Source: Desulfobacteraceae bacterium (lineage in GTDB: Bacteria > Desulfobacterota > Desulfobacteria > Desulfobacterales > Desulfobacteraceae). From it: a stretch of DNA of 46,789 nt. The notes beneath the pieces are model-generated. The model was not told where the DNA came from and searched no databases. It worked only from the letters and a program-made list of their open reading frames with translations. A program made the position numbers and the translations under genes. The DNA lies in the NCBI GenBank assembly GCA_021107575.1, contig JAIOSM010000100.1:1-46789 (forward strand), written 5' to 3'. Each line of letters opens with the position of its first letter. Within the stretch, counting starts at the first letter, position 1. Positions 1 through 8,591 of this stretch are shown here, one piece after another.

Positions 1-25
1 GGAACGCCGAAATTTTTACAAACTC

Positions 26-403
26 TCAATCTTCCTCTGGCAGCATTTCTGTGCTTGCCGGCTCTGGCTCGTCCATATCCATTGCACCTCTCTGAGCCAA
101 AAATATGTGATTTGCGCTTTGTTCTGCTCCGGTAATTATAACTGTAAAATTTATATTATTCTCTTCTTTGCTTGTTTGAATTCCATGTCTTAACATGGTG
201 AGGATATCGCAATTAATGCCGTCAAAATCATTGCAATGTTTTTTGCTTGCTACAGCCTTTTGAATGACGGAATGAACTCCAGGGGTCAAAAAAACGGGGA
301 ATTTAAAACCGGCTTCTTTAACAATGTTTCTACCCATTTCAACCTGCGTACCATCCTCAATCGCTTGTTTTCTTGTGTATGAAAATATAATATTGTCGTT
401 CAT
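26..403 (-). CDS. small acidic conserved hypothetical protein (DUF6573-like, often found next to RadC on mobile elements)
   Basis: ORF 26..478 trimmed to the internal ATG at 403, which is preceded by AAGGAG (rc of ctcctt 410-415). The N-terminus MNDNIIFSYTRKQAIEDGTQV...EAGFKFPV matches a family I recall from plasmid/ICE RadC neighbourhoods. The C-terminal tail is acidic. Confidence 0.55.
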   Translation of the reverse strand: MNDNIIFSYTRKQAIEDGTQVEMGRNIVKEAGFKFPVFLTPGVHSVIQKAVASKKHCNDFDGINCDILTMLRHGIQTSKEENNINFTVIITGAEQSANHIFLAQRGAMDMDEPEPASTEMLPEED

Positions 404-416
404 GTTAAGCTCCTTT

Positions 417-854
417 TTATAAAATTGAGTTTTCAGCAAATGAAAAATAATCTTTGTCGGAAAAAACCAGATGATCAAAAAGGTTTAAACCTATTGTGTC
501 GCTTGCTGTTTTTATTCTCTCTGTTACCTGTCTGTCTGATGGTGACGGTGTGACTTCTCCAGAAGGGTGGTTGTGAGCAATAATAAAACTAACTGCATTA
601 GCTAATAAAACGCTTTTTAAAAGTGTTGGAGCATCAACCGTCGAACCGGTTAAGCCACCTTTAAACAGCTCTTGAAAGCCTAAGACTTGATTTTTAGCAT
701 TGAAAAAAATTACAAAAAAACTTTCTTGAAAAGGATTAAACAAATCTTTTAAAACCTTTTCAAAAACATCTTGAGCCTTACCAGCTTTTACACTTTCAAT
801 TTCTCTTACCATTTCAAACTTAGTTTTAAGCTCGTATAATCTGATCATTTCCAT
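417..854 (-). CDS. radC: RadC-like JAB/MPN domain protein
   Basis: JAMM signature HNHPSGEVTPSPSD followed by LFDHLV. Start trimmed to the ATG at 854, which is preceded by GGAGGAG. Sits 13 nt upstream of the next gene. Confidence 0.85.
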   Translation of the reverse strand: MEMIRLYELKTKFEMVREIESVKAGKAQDVFEKVLKDLFNPFQESFFVIFFNAKNQVLGFQELFKGGLTGSTVDAPTLLKSVLLANAVSFIIAHNHPSGEVTPSPSDRQVTERIKTASDTIGLNLFDHLVFSDKDYFSFAENSIL

Positions 855-1570
855 TTTCTCCTCCTGTTTGTTTGCTTTTTTAAAAAGCGAGTTATTATTT
901 AATTGTTCATTATAAAAACTGCTTTCCATGGGCGACTTGCCCTTAAAAAAATGCGGAGGTGTAGCCAGTCAAGAAAACAAAACGGAAAGCGTTTTGTTCG
1001 TTTTAAAACGAACGAAAAACCGTTTTTATTCTTTACTGGTGGAAAGGAGAGCAGTATTATTTCTTAAAAAAGCCCACGGAAGTTAAGGGAGGGCAGGGCT
1101 GACTTGTCCGCTTTCATTTTTAGCTTTTAGTTTTTTAGGAAGGCGAGAAAACATGAAAAAGATTGCTGAATGCATCTTTTGAAAAGTTTTTTGTATTTAG
1201 CCTGATTGGGTTTTATACCAGAGGCCTTAAAGGTCCTTCAGTTTCTATCCCTGCTCTTGAAGTTTCTTAATTTAAAAAAAGAAACAATATTCAGGCTTGC
1301 AATCGGCTTAGATTACAAACCTTGTTTTGCAATGAAATATATTTATGAAGACAGCAAAGGAGTGAAGCTTGATGCACTTTGCTGGTGTGTGCTACCAGCG
1401 GTGGTGAGATTGAAAATCGAATAATGACCCAGTGTTCAGACAAATCGCAAAAGCTTTAGCCCCTTTTGTCAAGCGTTTCAGGCGGCTGATAGGGCTATGT
1501 ATGGCTATTGATGTCAAAAGGCCTATATGTTGTACCTGTGACATGCTGTTTTTTGAACAGGTCATTTTTT

Positions 1571-1610
1571 TGTTGACAAGAGGGTTTTTTTGTTGACAAG
1601 AGGGTTTTTT
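1571..1610 (+). repeat. perfect 20-bp tandem duplication (TGTTGACAAGAGGGTTTTTT x2), each copy carrying a TTGACA -35-like hexamer
   Basis: Read directly at 1571-1590 and 1591-1610. Lies about 80 nt upstream of the small ORF at 1692. Confidence 0.9.
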
Positions 1611-1691
1611 TTACCTACCTTTATTTATCCCCTTAAAAAAAGTCCTTCAAAATATTTATTTTTTATTTATAAAATATATTTGGAGGTTTTT

Positions 1692-1874
1692 ATGGCTGAG
1701 TCACAAGAATTAAGAAAAGATGAACTCAGGTTTTCATGGGGAAAAGGTTTTTTTAAGATTCGTATCGGAATGATAATGTATATGGTTGCAATATCAACCA
1801 TGATCTTTTTACTTCTTGTATTCGGTTTAATTGACAAAGAGACCTTAAATATAATACTTGAGTTTTTTAAATAA
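1692..1874 (+). CDS. small (60 aa) single-pass membrane protein, hypothetical
   Basis: ATG at 1692 lies 5 nt after GGAGG (1683-1687). Hydrophobic segment IGMIMYMVAISTMIFLLLVFGLI. The longer track ORF start at 1590 lies inside the tandem repeat and has no RBS. Confidence 0.4.
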   Translation: MAESQELRKDELRFSWGKGFFKIRIGMIMYMVAISTMIFLLLVFGLIDKETLNIILEFFK

Positions 1875-2370
1875 ACTGAGTGAAGCGGAGAAACCCTCAA
1901 AAAAGATGCCTTGTTTTGAGCAAAGCATCACCTTTCTATTTTTTCAGAATCCTTGAAAAGTCCATAAAATAGGGCAACGTCTGATAAAAGTCTATTATGT
2001 AAACTTATCCGAATTTTTAGCTTGAAACCATTGAGATTAAAAGAGCTTTAGCATTTAAAGCAATGGTGATGAAAACATAAATTCTATAAAAAATCCTGAG
2101 TTTTGCTGTTTTTATGCCTGAAAAGGTTGAGGTTTTCAGCAGTCAGTTTCTCAGATTCATAATGTAATCAAAAAAAGTTATCGAATTCAATTTTTAATGC
2201 AATTTGAAAATAGTGACTAATGCAAGCACCTTTGAGTTTCGCCTATACTAAAAACTTAGTTTTCTTTACAGCCTTGTTTTTTTTTGATACAGATTTAAGT
2301 AAGGTTCTGTGTCTACAATTTTCAAAAAAGATCAAAATTGACACCTTGAAATTCAAAAAGGATATTATTT

Positions 2371-2910
2371 ATGGATCAAGACGAGAGAGAAAATTTGAAA
2401 TTTGATTTGCTAAATATGCACTGGACGGAAGAGTTGCATGACGGATTGAAAGAAATTGACGAAGAGGATGCAAAATCTATTGTTGAGTCAATGGATGAAG
2501 AGGAAATTACTTATAAAGTAAATCCGAGACGATTTCAGGAAGATTATATTGCAGATTATTTGGAATTTTTGTGGGAAATAAGTGAGGTCAGTTTCTGGAA
2601 GCATGTTAAAACAACGTTCGCTAAAGAGGTGGGGCTATTATGGTCAGACAACATGTTTTATTTCGATCAATTGTGCGATGAAGAATTTCCTCAAGATGTT
2701 TTAATAGAACTCATTAATTTTATTGTTGTATGTGATCCGGATTGCGAACAAGACATTAATCTTCTTGGTTGTATACTTAAAGAGCAAATAGCAAATTTCG
2801 ACAGATTACCTGAAATTAAAAAAATTGTTTCTTCTCTTCCAAAAAAACAGAAAACGGAAGCAAACAAAAGAATAAACCTAATGATCCAAATGGATTGTGA
2901 TTATCGATAA
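2371..2910 (+). CDS. hypothetical acidic cytoplasmic protein (179 aa)
   Basis: Long ORF rich in D/E with no motif I recognise. Ends 5 nt before the next gene, so the two are probably co-transcribed. Confidence 0.6.
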   Translation: MDQDERENLKFDLLNMHWTEELHDGLKEIDEEDAKSIVESMDEEEITYKVNPRRFQEDYIADYLEFLWEISEVSFWKHVKTTFAKEVGLLWSDNMFYFDQLCDEEFPQDVLIELINFIVVCDPDCEQDINLLGCILKEQIANFDRLPEIKKIVSSLPKKQKTEANKRINLMIQMDCDYR

Positions 2911-2915
2911 AAAAT

Positions 2916-4013
2916 ATGAGTTATAATAAGTTTACAATTCTTTATATTGAAGCGATAAAACGAAATCTCAATATCGAAGTAAATGAAAATAATAAAGCTG
3001 TTTTTTTGCCTGACAATATCACTGAAAAAAATATTAGAGCGCTTAGAGATGAACTCACATCTATCTGGAGACACTCACAAAGTGCCATAGAAATAATACA
3101 AAACAAACATGAGTCCAAATTACAATCTGGGCTCTTTGGATTAATAGATGATTTCGGCAAAGCCCTTAAAATTGGATTTTTAATTGGGGACAGAGTTGTA
3201 TTATTAGATTATTTGTTTGACAGATTATTAACTAAAAAAGTAAGTGGGCAGATTAACAAGTTACAACTTGGTTTGATAGGAAATAATATTGTAGAGCTCC
3301 TTCCTTTAGCAAAAAAAGGAAGAATAGTAATTATTCCCAATCCTTTTGTCTGGAATCAACGGACAAAAAAAATAATAAAGGAAGTGTCGGAAACATCAAT
3401 AATGACACCCAACTTGATTAGCATGTTGAATATGCTTTCGATTTGTAAGAGTTGTCATCTCCATCCCTATACAATAGCGGAATCCGAAGATCTTTATGAA
3501 AAAATAATCAATGAACAAATTGATCATGCAGATACAATCGGTAAAGATGGGGGGCAATTCGCTTATGAGGGTATTTTAGCTGCGTTGCTCTCTGAAAGGC
3601 TTTTCGACAAAACGGAATTTTCATACATCAAAGATATTCCCATTTCGGAATATATTGAAATCATATCTCAACATAAAAATTTTTATTCTGAATATCTCAA
3701 TAGTTTATCATCTGGCGGTTCATTAAGTGCCACCAATAACATTGAAAAAATCAGAGAGTCTTTTGTCAATAATGTTGAAATCCTCAATTCTCAAATCAAA
3801 AACAGAATAGCAAAAGGGGTGCTTACTGTAGGGGCGATAGGAAGTGGTGCGATTGCTTTACTCGCTGCTTTTACTATAACTTCTGCACCTTTAGCAATTG
3901 CTGGCGGGATGTTAGGGCTATCAGCAAGTTTGAGTGGACTAATTAATGACAAACCCCTAAAAGAGGATATTATAATTAGTCTGTTTCATGATCTAAAAAA
4001 TAATAAGCATTAA
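2916..4013 (+). CDS. hypothetical protein with C-terminal glycine-zipper-like double TM segment (365 aa)
   Basis: Long ORF. The C-terminal segment GVLTVGAIGSGAIALLAAFTITSAPLAIAGGMLGLSASLSGLI is small-residue rich and hydrophobic. The soluble N-terminal ~300 aa has no recognised motif. Confidence 0.65.
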   Translation: MSYNKFTILYIEAIKRNLNIEVNENNKAVFLPDNITEKNIRALRDELTSIWRHSQSAIEIIQNKHESKLQSGLFGLIDDFGKALKIGFLIGDRVVLLDYLFDRLLTKKVSGQINKLQLGLIGNNIVELLPLAKKGRIVIIPNPFVWNQRTKKIIKEVSETSIMTPNLISMLNMLSICKSCHLHPYTIAESEDLYEKIINEQIDHADTIGKDGGQFAYEGILAALLSERLFDKTEFSYIKDIPISEYIEIISQHKNFYSEYLNSLSSGGSLSATNNIEKIRESFVNNVEILNSQIKNRIAKGVLTVGAIGSGAIALLAAFTITSAPLAIAGGMLGLSASLSGLINDKPLKEDIIISLFHDLKNNKH

Positions 4014-4216
4014 AGGAAAAAATATGCCTAAATTTAAAGATTTATCTTTCGACATTCGACTGGATTTATCACCCTGTCTTATTCATTCTAATAAATCTTA
4101 TATAGTAGCTCATGTCTTTATTTGTATTTTTACAAATATTCAGAATGGATTTAAAAAAGCTTTTGAAATAAAAAACATTTGGCAGCAGTCAATGCTTAAA
4201 TTAAAAGGTTTTCACA

Positions 4217-5566
4217 ATGTTCAGTGATGATAATACGTTGGATTTAAGCAAAGTAAAAAAAATGATGCAATCCAAGGGAGTTTATAAAATACTCCTAAAA
4301 AGACTTTCTCCAAATGACAACAGTAAAAATCAACTATATTTTGGAGGGAGTTCTGAAATTTTTAATACCTTCCACACTGGCGATGTCACTGCTGAACAAA
4401 GCACCTCTTCAAAGAAATCAAAATCAGCTACTCGATTTAAGGCACCATTGGAATTTTACTGGTTAGATAATGATGGGAATGAGTATCAAGCCCCAAACGC
4501 TCAGTTAATATACTATCCACAGTATCCAGAAATAAGATTTTCCGGCTTTCTTGCTGGATGTAAAAAAAGACCAAGTGAACTTATGGATAGCCAGAAAAGA
4601 GGTAGAGAGGAAGGCAGGATGCTTTTGTTAGGGTTAACAGAAAACAAAGCTTACGGTATTATTGCGAGTTGTAAAACTGAAATAGCCAGCGAGTTGGCTC
4701 AAAAGACAGATTTCGAAGCATCTGGGGTTTTTGAGATAATCCCACTGTCTGCAATAAGTTCAAAAGATAAATTGCTTAAAGAACTATTAAGAATACATAA
4801 AAAAGGATGGATAAAGGGAAGAAGATTAACTTCAGATGGTAGCTTTGTGGAATGTGTTTCAAATCCAAACTGTGGTGGTTATACCCTTGAAGCTGAGTTC
4901 GGTATTTCAGCAAATGGTGTGCTTGGGCCCGATTTCTTGGGGTGGGAAATAAAACAGTTTTCGGTTAAAGCGTTTGAAAAACCAGGATCGCATGTATTAA
5001 CTCTTATGACCCCTGAACCTGACGGTGGGGTATATACAGAGGGTGTGTTGAATTTTGTTAAAAAATTTGGATATCCTGACAAAAATAATAAACCGGACAG
5101 AATGAATTTTGGAGGAATCTACAGGTTTATGAAACCTGCAAAAAGCACTGGCTTAAAACTTGTCCTTTCGGGCTACGACTTCAAAAAACAAAAAATAGTC
5201 GATGCAGAGGGTGGTCTTGCAATAGTTAATGATAACGAAGAAGTGGCCTCGCTCTGGACATATAAAAAGCTTATGAACCACTGGAAAAAGAAGCATGCAA
5301 AAGCTGTCTATATTCCTTCAATGAGGAGAGGGAAAGAGTATCAATACCATTATGGGAATACAGTTCATGTCTGTGAAGGAACAGACTTCGATAGATTTTT
5401 AACTGCCATCCAAAATGAAACAGTTTATATTGACCCTGCAGTCAAGGTTGAAAAGATTTCCACACCTACGCCCCAAATAAAAAGGCGAAATCAGATTAGG
5501 GTTAACTTTAAGGACATAAGCTCACTTTATCATTCAAAAAAAGAAGTTGATTTGATGACATTATAA
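4217..5566 (+). CDS. putative type II restriction endonuclease, MvaI/BcnI (MutH-like PD-(D/E)XK) C-terminal domain with an extra N-terminal DNA-binding-like domain
   Basis: C-terminal half carries GGYTLEAEFGI...GPDFLGWEIKQ (D...E-x-K). N-terminal ~200 aa carries LKRLSPNDNSKNQLYF...YYPQYPEIRFSGF, reminiscent of EcoRII-N/B3-like modules. Convergent with a C5-MTase and vsr. Confidence 0.55.
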   Translation: MFSDDNTLDLSKVKKMMQSKGVYKILLKRLSPNDNSKNQLYFGGSSEIFNTFHTGDVTAEQSTSSKKSKSATRFKAPLEFYWLDNDGNEYQAPNAQLIYYPQYPEIRFSGFLAGCKKRPSELMDSQKRGREEGRMLLLGLTENKAYGIIASCKTEIASELAQKTDFEASGVFEIIPLSAISSKDKLLKELLRIHKKGWIKGRRLTSDGSFVECVSNPNCGGYTLEAEFGISANGVLGPDFLGWEIKQFSVKAFEKPGSHVLTLMTPEPDGGVYTEGVLNFVKKFGYPDKNNKPDRMNFGGIYRFMKPAKSTGLKLVLSGYDFKKQKIVDAEGGLAIVNDNEEVASLWTYKKLMNHWKKKHAKAVYIPSMRRGKEYQYHYGNTVHVCEGTDFDRFLTAIQNETVYIDPAVKVEKISTPTPQIKRRNQIRVNFKDISSLYHSKKEVDLMTL

Positions 5567-5585
5567 TATCAATGAAACTGTCATA

Positions 5586-6055
5586 TTACTCACTGAAGTC
5601 TTTAGAAGCTATTTCGCAGGTCATTCTATTATCACAAAAAAGCCATTTTTCTATCTGATTGATAATATCATCTTCTTCCAATCTTCTTTTCCCGGTATAC
5701 GCACATTCCCAAACAGTTAAAACTCTCCACTCCAAACCCAAAAGCTTCAGAGTGTTTTTTTTATCTCTATCAATATTCGACTGAATTTTTTTTTCCAAAA
5801 CTCAGGGTTTGCTTTTGGTAATTTAAAATATCTGCAATTTTTATGGCCATGCCAGAAACATCCATGGACTTCTATAACAGCATTGTATTTAGGCAAGACA
5901 ATATCAGGCTTCCCCGGCAAGTTTTTTACATGTATTCTGAATCTATAACCTTTCCGATGCAACATGCTTCGAATGGCAACTTCAGGCTTTGTATTTTTTG
6001 ATCTGATCGCAGCCATATTCTTACTTCGGATCGCTGGAGAATGAACATCTGCCAT
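5586..6055 (-). pseudogene. vsr: very-short-patch repair endonuclease (Vsr), reading frame broken at an A9 homopolymer
   Basis: ORF 5747..6055 encodes the N-terminal block (SKNTKPE...RKGYRFR...LPGKPDIV...VHGCFWHGH...PEFWKKK). ORF 5586..5798 encodes the C-terminal block (IQSNIDRDKKNT..LGLEWRVLTVWECA). The frames join if the T9 run at 5786-5794 (A9 on the coding strand) were 10 nt. Confidence 0.85.
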
Positions 6056-6065
6056 AAATATTTGA

Positions 6066-7364
6066 TTAGGAAGCTTTTTTCCTGATGGTCCTTTTGCTAA
6101 TAAGTTGGTTTGCTTTAACTGCTTTCTTTATATAAGGTTGCATTAACTTTGCAACGGCATTGAAGACAGGTACAACAACTGAGTTCCCGAATTGCCTATA
6201 TGCCTGAGTATCCGATACAGGTATTTTAAAATTATTCCCATCTGGTTTATCAAAGCCCATTAGTCTTGAACATTCTCTGGGAGTTAACCTTCTTGGCCTC
6301 TTGCCTTTACCTCTATAAATAAGAATTTCAGATCCATCTTTATAATACCTTGCAGACAGGGTTCTTGCTATACTATCATTATAAGTTAGACTATATCCAA
6401 AACCATTTCCTTTTGCTTTATGTTTTGCTGCATAGTTCTGAAGGTATAACCATAGCTTAGGAGTCAAAATATATTTATCATCAACTTTTTCTTCAAGGAC
6501 ATCACTAAAAGAAGGTACTTTTTCAGGGAATAGCTTAGAAATTTTACTTAGGGAGAAACCTTCATGTACATTCAAATCCTTTCTATATCCCACCAAAACA
6601 ATTCTTTCCCTATGCTGGGGTACAAAATTCTGCCCGTCAATAATCTTCGGATCAGGCTGTTTTTTTTTAACATTCAGATCAGCAACAAAATATCCTAACT
6701 CCAGCAGTGTTTCTTTTATAACTCTGAAAGTATTACCTTTATTATGAGACTTCAGATTTTTAACATTTTCAAGCATGAAAACAGACGGCTTTTTTATGCT
6801 TAATATTCTGGCAACATCAAAAAAAAGCGTGCCTTGTGTTTTACATTCAAATCCATGCTTATCACCAAGAGCATTTTTTTTTGACACACCAGCAATAGAG
6901 AACGGCTGACAAGGGAACCCAGCTATCAGTACATCATGATTAGGTATCAGTTCATCAATATGTTTGCATGCCTGTCTATCATGAAGCCCGTTTGGTTGAG
7001 TAATTTCACGTATATCTCCGTTAATTTTATGATCCGAATGAAAATTAGCCATATATGTTCGGACAGCATATTTATCATATTCACTGGTGAAGACACATTT
7101 CCCTCCAACATTCTCAAAAGCTCGTCTTATTCCACCTATTCCTGCAAAGAGATCAATAAAAGTAAAATCAGGTTCAGATTTTACAAAATTTCTGGGTAAT
7201 AATTCTGAAAGTTTATCATATTTTGTTTTACTGAGTTCACATCCAATGTCTTTAAGTTTTCTGTTAATAGTCTCACGTTCAACACCAATATGCTCAGCAA
7301 TAAATTTTTGATCATAAATGGAAGCAACTTTTTTTAACAATTTGTATTCTGAAGTCTGTCTCAT
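6066..7364 (-). CDS. DNA (cytosine-5)-methyltransferase with N-terminal HTH extension
   Basis: Motif [11 protein letters not shown], motif [10 protein letters not shown], motif VI ENV, motif [14 protein letters not shown], motif [11 protein letters not shown]. The N-terminal ~60 aa carries an HTH-like [17 protein letters not shown]. Confidence 0.95.
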   Translation of the reverse strand: MRQTSEYKLLKKVASIYDQKFIAEHIGVERETINRKLKDIGCELSKTKYDKLSELLPRNFVKSEPDFTFIDLFAGIGGIRRAFENVGGKCVFTSEYDKYAVRTYMANFHSDHKINGDIREITQPNGLHDRQACKHIDELIPNHDVLIAGFPCQPFSIAGVSKKNALGDKHGFECKTQGTLFFDVARILSIKKPSVFMLENVKNLKSHNKGNTFRVIKETLLELGYFVADLNVKKKQPDPKIIDGQNFVPQHRERIVLVGYRKDLNVHEGFSLSKISKLFPEKVPSFSDVLEEKVDDKYILTPKLWLYLQNYAAKHKAKGNGFGYSLTYNDSIARTLSARYYKDGSEILIYRGKGKRPRRLTPRECSRLMGFDKPDGNNFKIPVSDTQAYRQFGNSVVVPVFNAVAKLMQPYIKKAVKANQLISKRTIRKKAS

Positions 7365-7734
7365 ATTTTTAATATCTCTGGGTTAATTGTGTGACTAACA
7401 TGTCACATATTAATCCTTGTATGTCAACAATAATCTTATAATTTTTTTCAGAGGGACAGTGCAAGGCGTTTTGTTTTTTCATTAATCAGATAGATACAGT
7501 AAAAAAACAATATATTTCCGCCATAAATAAAACAAGCGCCAGTTTAGTTGTCAAAAAAACTATAGATTTATTTACATCATCCCAGGCCTTCAAAACCAGC
7601 ATTTTATCATGTTTAAAATAGTTATACTTTTCAATTTTTTACATATTCTAAGAAAAGCCTTAGATGTTTATTGACATTCTTTAAACACAGATATACTCTA
7701 TTTTTAGAATAAACAAAAATGGAAAAGCAAAGTT

Positions 7735-8322
7735 ATGGCAGAAGTCGGATATATAAGAGTCTCAACAGTAAATCAAAACGATGCCAGGCAACTTGCAGAG
7801 ATTGAGCTGCAACACACTTTTAAAGAAAAGCTTTCCGGTAAAAGCATCAAAAGACCAAAACTCCAGGAGTGTTTAAACTTTTGCAGGGCAGGGGATACTC
7901 TTCACGTTCATTCAATGGACAGACTTGCAAGAAATTTAAAAGATTTACAAAACATAGTAGATAGCCTGGTAAAAAGAGAAGTAAAGGTTCATTTTCACAA
8001 AGAAAATTTAATTTTTTCAGGCGAGGATAATTCTCTCTCAAAACTAATGTTGCAAATCATGGGGGCAGTTGCTGAATTTGAAAGATCTTTAATAAACGAA
8101 CGTCAAAAAGAAGGAATAAAATTAGCACAAGAAAAAGGTGTCCGATTTGGCCGGAAACCTGTTGTAGATGATGAAAAATTAAATCAAATTGTTAATCTTT
8201 TAAATAAAGGCTTAAATAAAAAAGAAATTTCTGAAAAAATGAGGATATCAAGGCAAACATTATATAAAGCTCTTAAGGATGTAAAAAAAATTCATCAAAC
8301 AAAGGCGAATCTCAATAATTAA
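7735..8322 (+). CDS. small serine recombinase (resolvase/invertase family) with C-terminal HTH
   Basis: N-terminal GYIRVSTVNQ catalytic-serine motif, then DRLARN, then a C-terminal HTH (ISEKMRISRQTLYKAL). Confidence 0.9.
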   Translation: MAEVGYIRVSTVNQNDARQLAEIELQHTFKEKLSGKSIKRPKLQECLNFCRAGDTLHVHSMDRLARNLKDLQNIVDSLVKREVKVHFHKENLIFSGEDNSLSKLMLQIMGAVAEFERSLINERQKEGIKLAQEKGVRFGRKPVVDDEKLNQIVNLLNKGLNKKEISEKMRISRQTLYKALKDVKKIHQTKANLNN

Positions 8323-8591
8323 TTTTTTCAGGAGGAGTGGGAAAAGATGGAATCAGAAGCAGATTCCGTCACCAAAGAAGCCTCGGAGGTGTTAAAGCGC
8401 ATGAGAGGAAGAAGGAAAGCGAGGAAAATTTAAGGGAACCTATTTTTCCAAAATCCATAGCTCCTTTGGTTTTTGATCTTCTTTAATCTCATTGACATTA
8501 AATATGGAATCCCATGCAAAAAGGTTGACTGCCTTTAATTATCTGATATAAGAACATATGTATTTTTTTTATTTTCTTTATTATTATGTAA

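Noticed and set aside
1206-1424. 72-aa ORF with a non-ATG start in the gene-poor region
   Set aside because: No RBS and no recognisable features. Its composition is indistinguishable from the surrounding non-coding DNA.
4024-4227. 67-aa ORF between the 365-aa gene and the restriction gene
   Set aside because: It is AT-rich and poorly protein-like, and it overlaps the restriction gene start. It is more likely the promoter/5' region of the restriction gene.
7671-7697. TTGACA (7671-7676) and TATACT (7692-7697) upstream of the recombinase gene as a sigma70 promoter; also searched 7440-7730 for res/hix-type sites
   Set aside because: The spacer is only 15 bp, and such hexamers are frequent in AT-rich DNA. 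I found no convincing recombinase-site repeats, only a 7-bp ATTCTAA/TTAGAAT pair.
8347-8433. 28-aa ORF (MESEADSVTKEASEVLKRMRGRRKARKI) with an AGGAGG 11-13 nt upstream, in a locally G+C-richer patch after the recombinase gene
   Set aside because: It is too short to evaluate without comparative or expression data. It is noted but not called as a gene.
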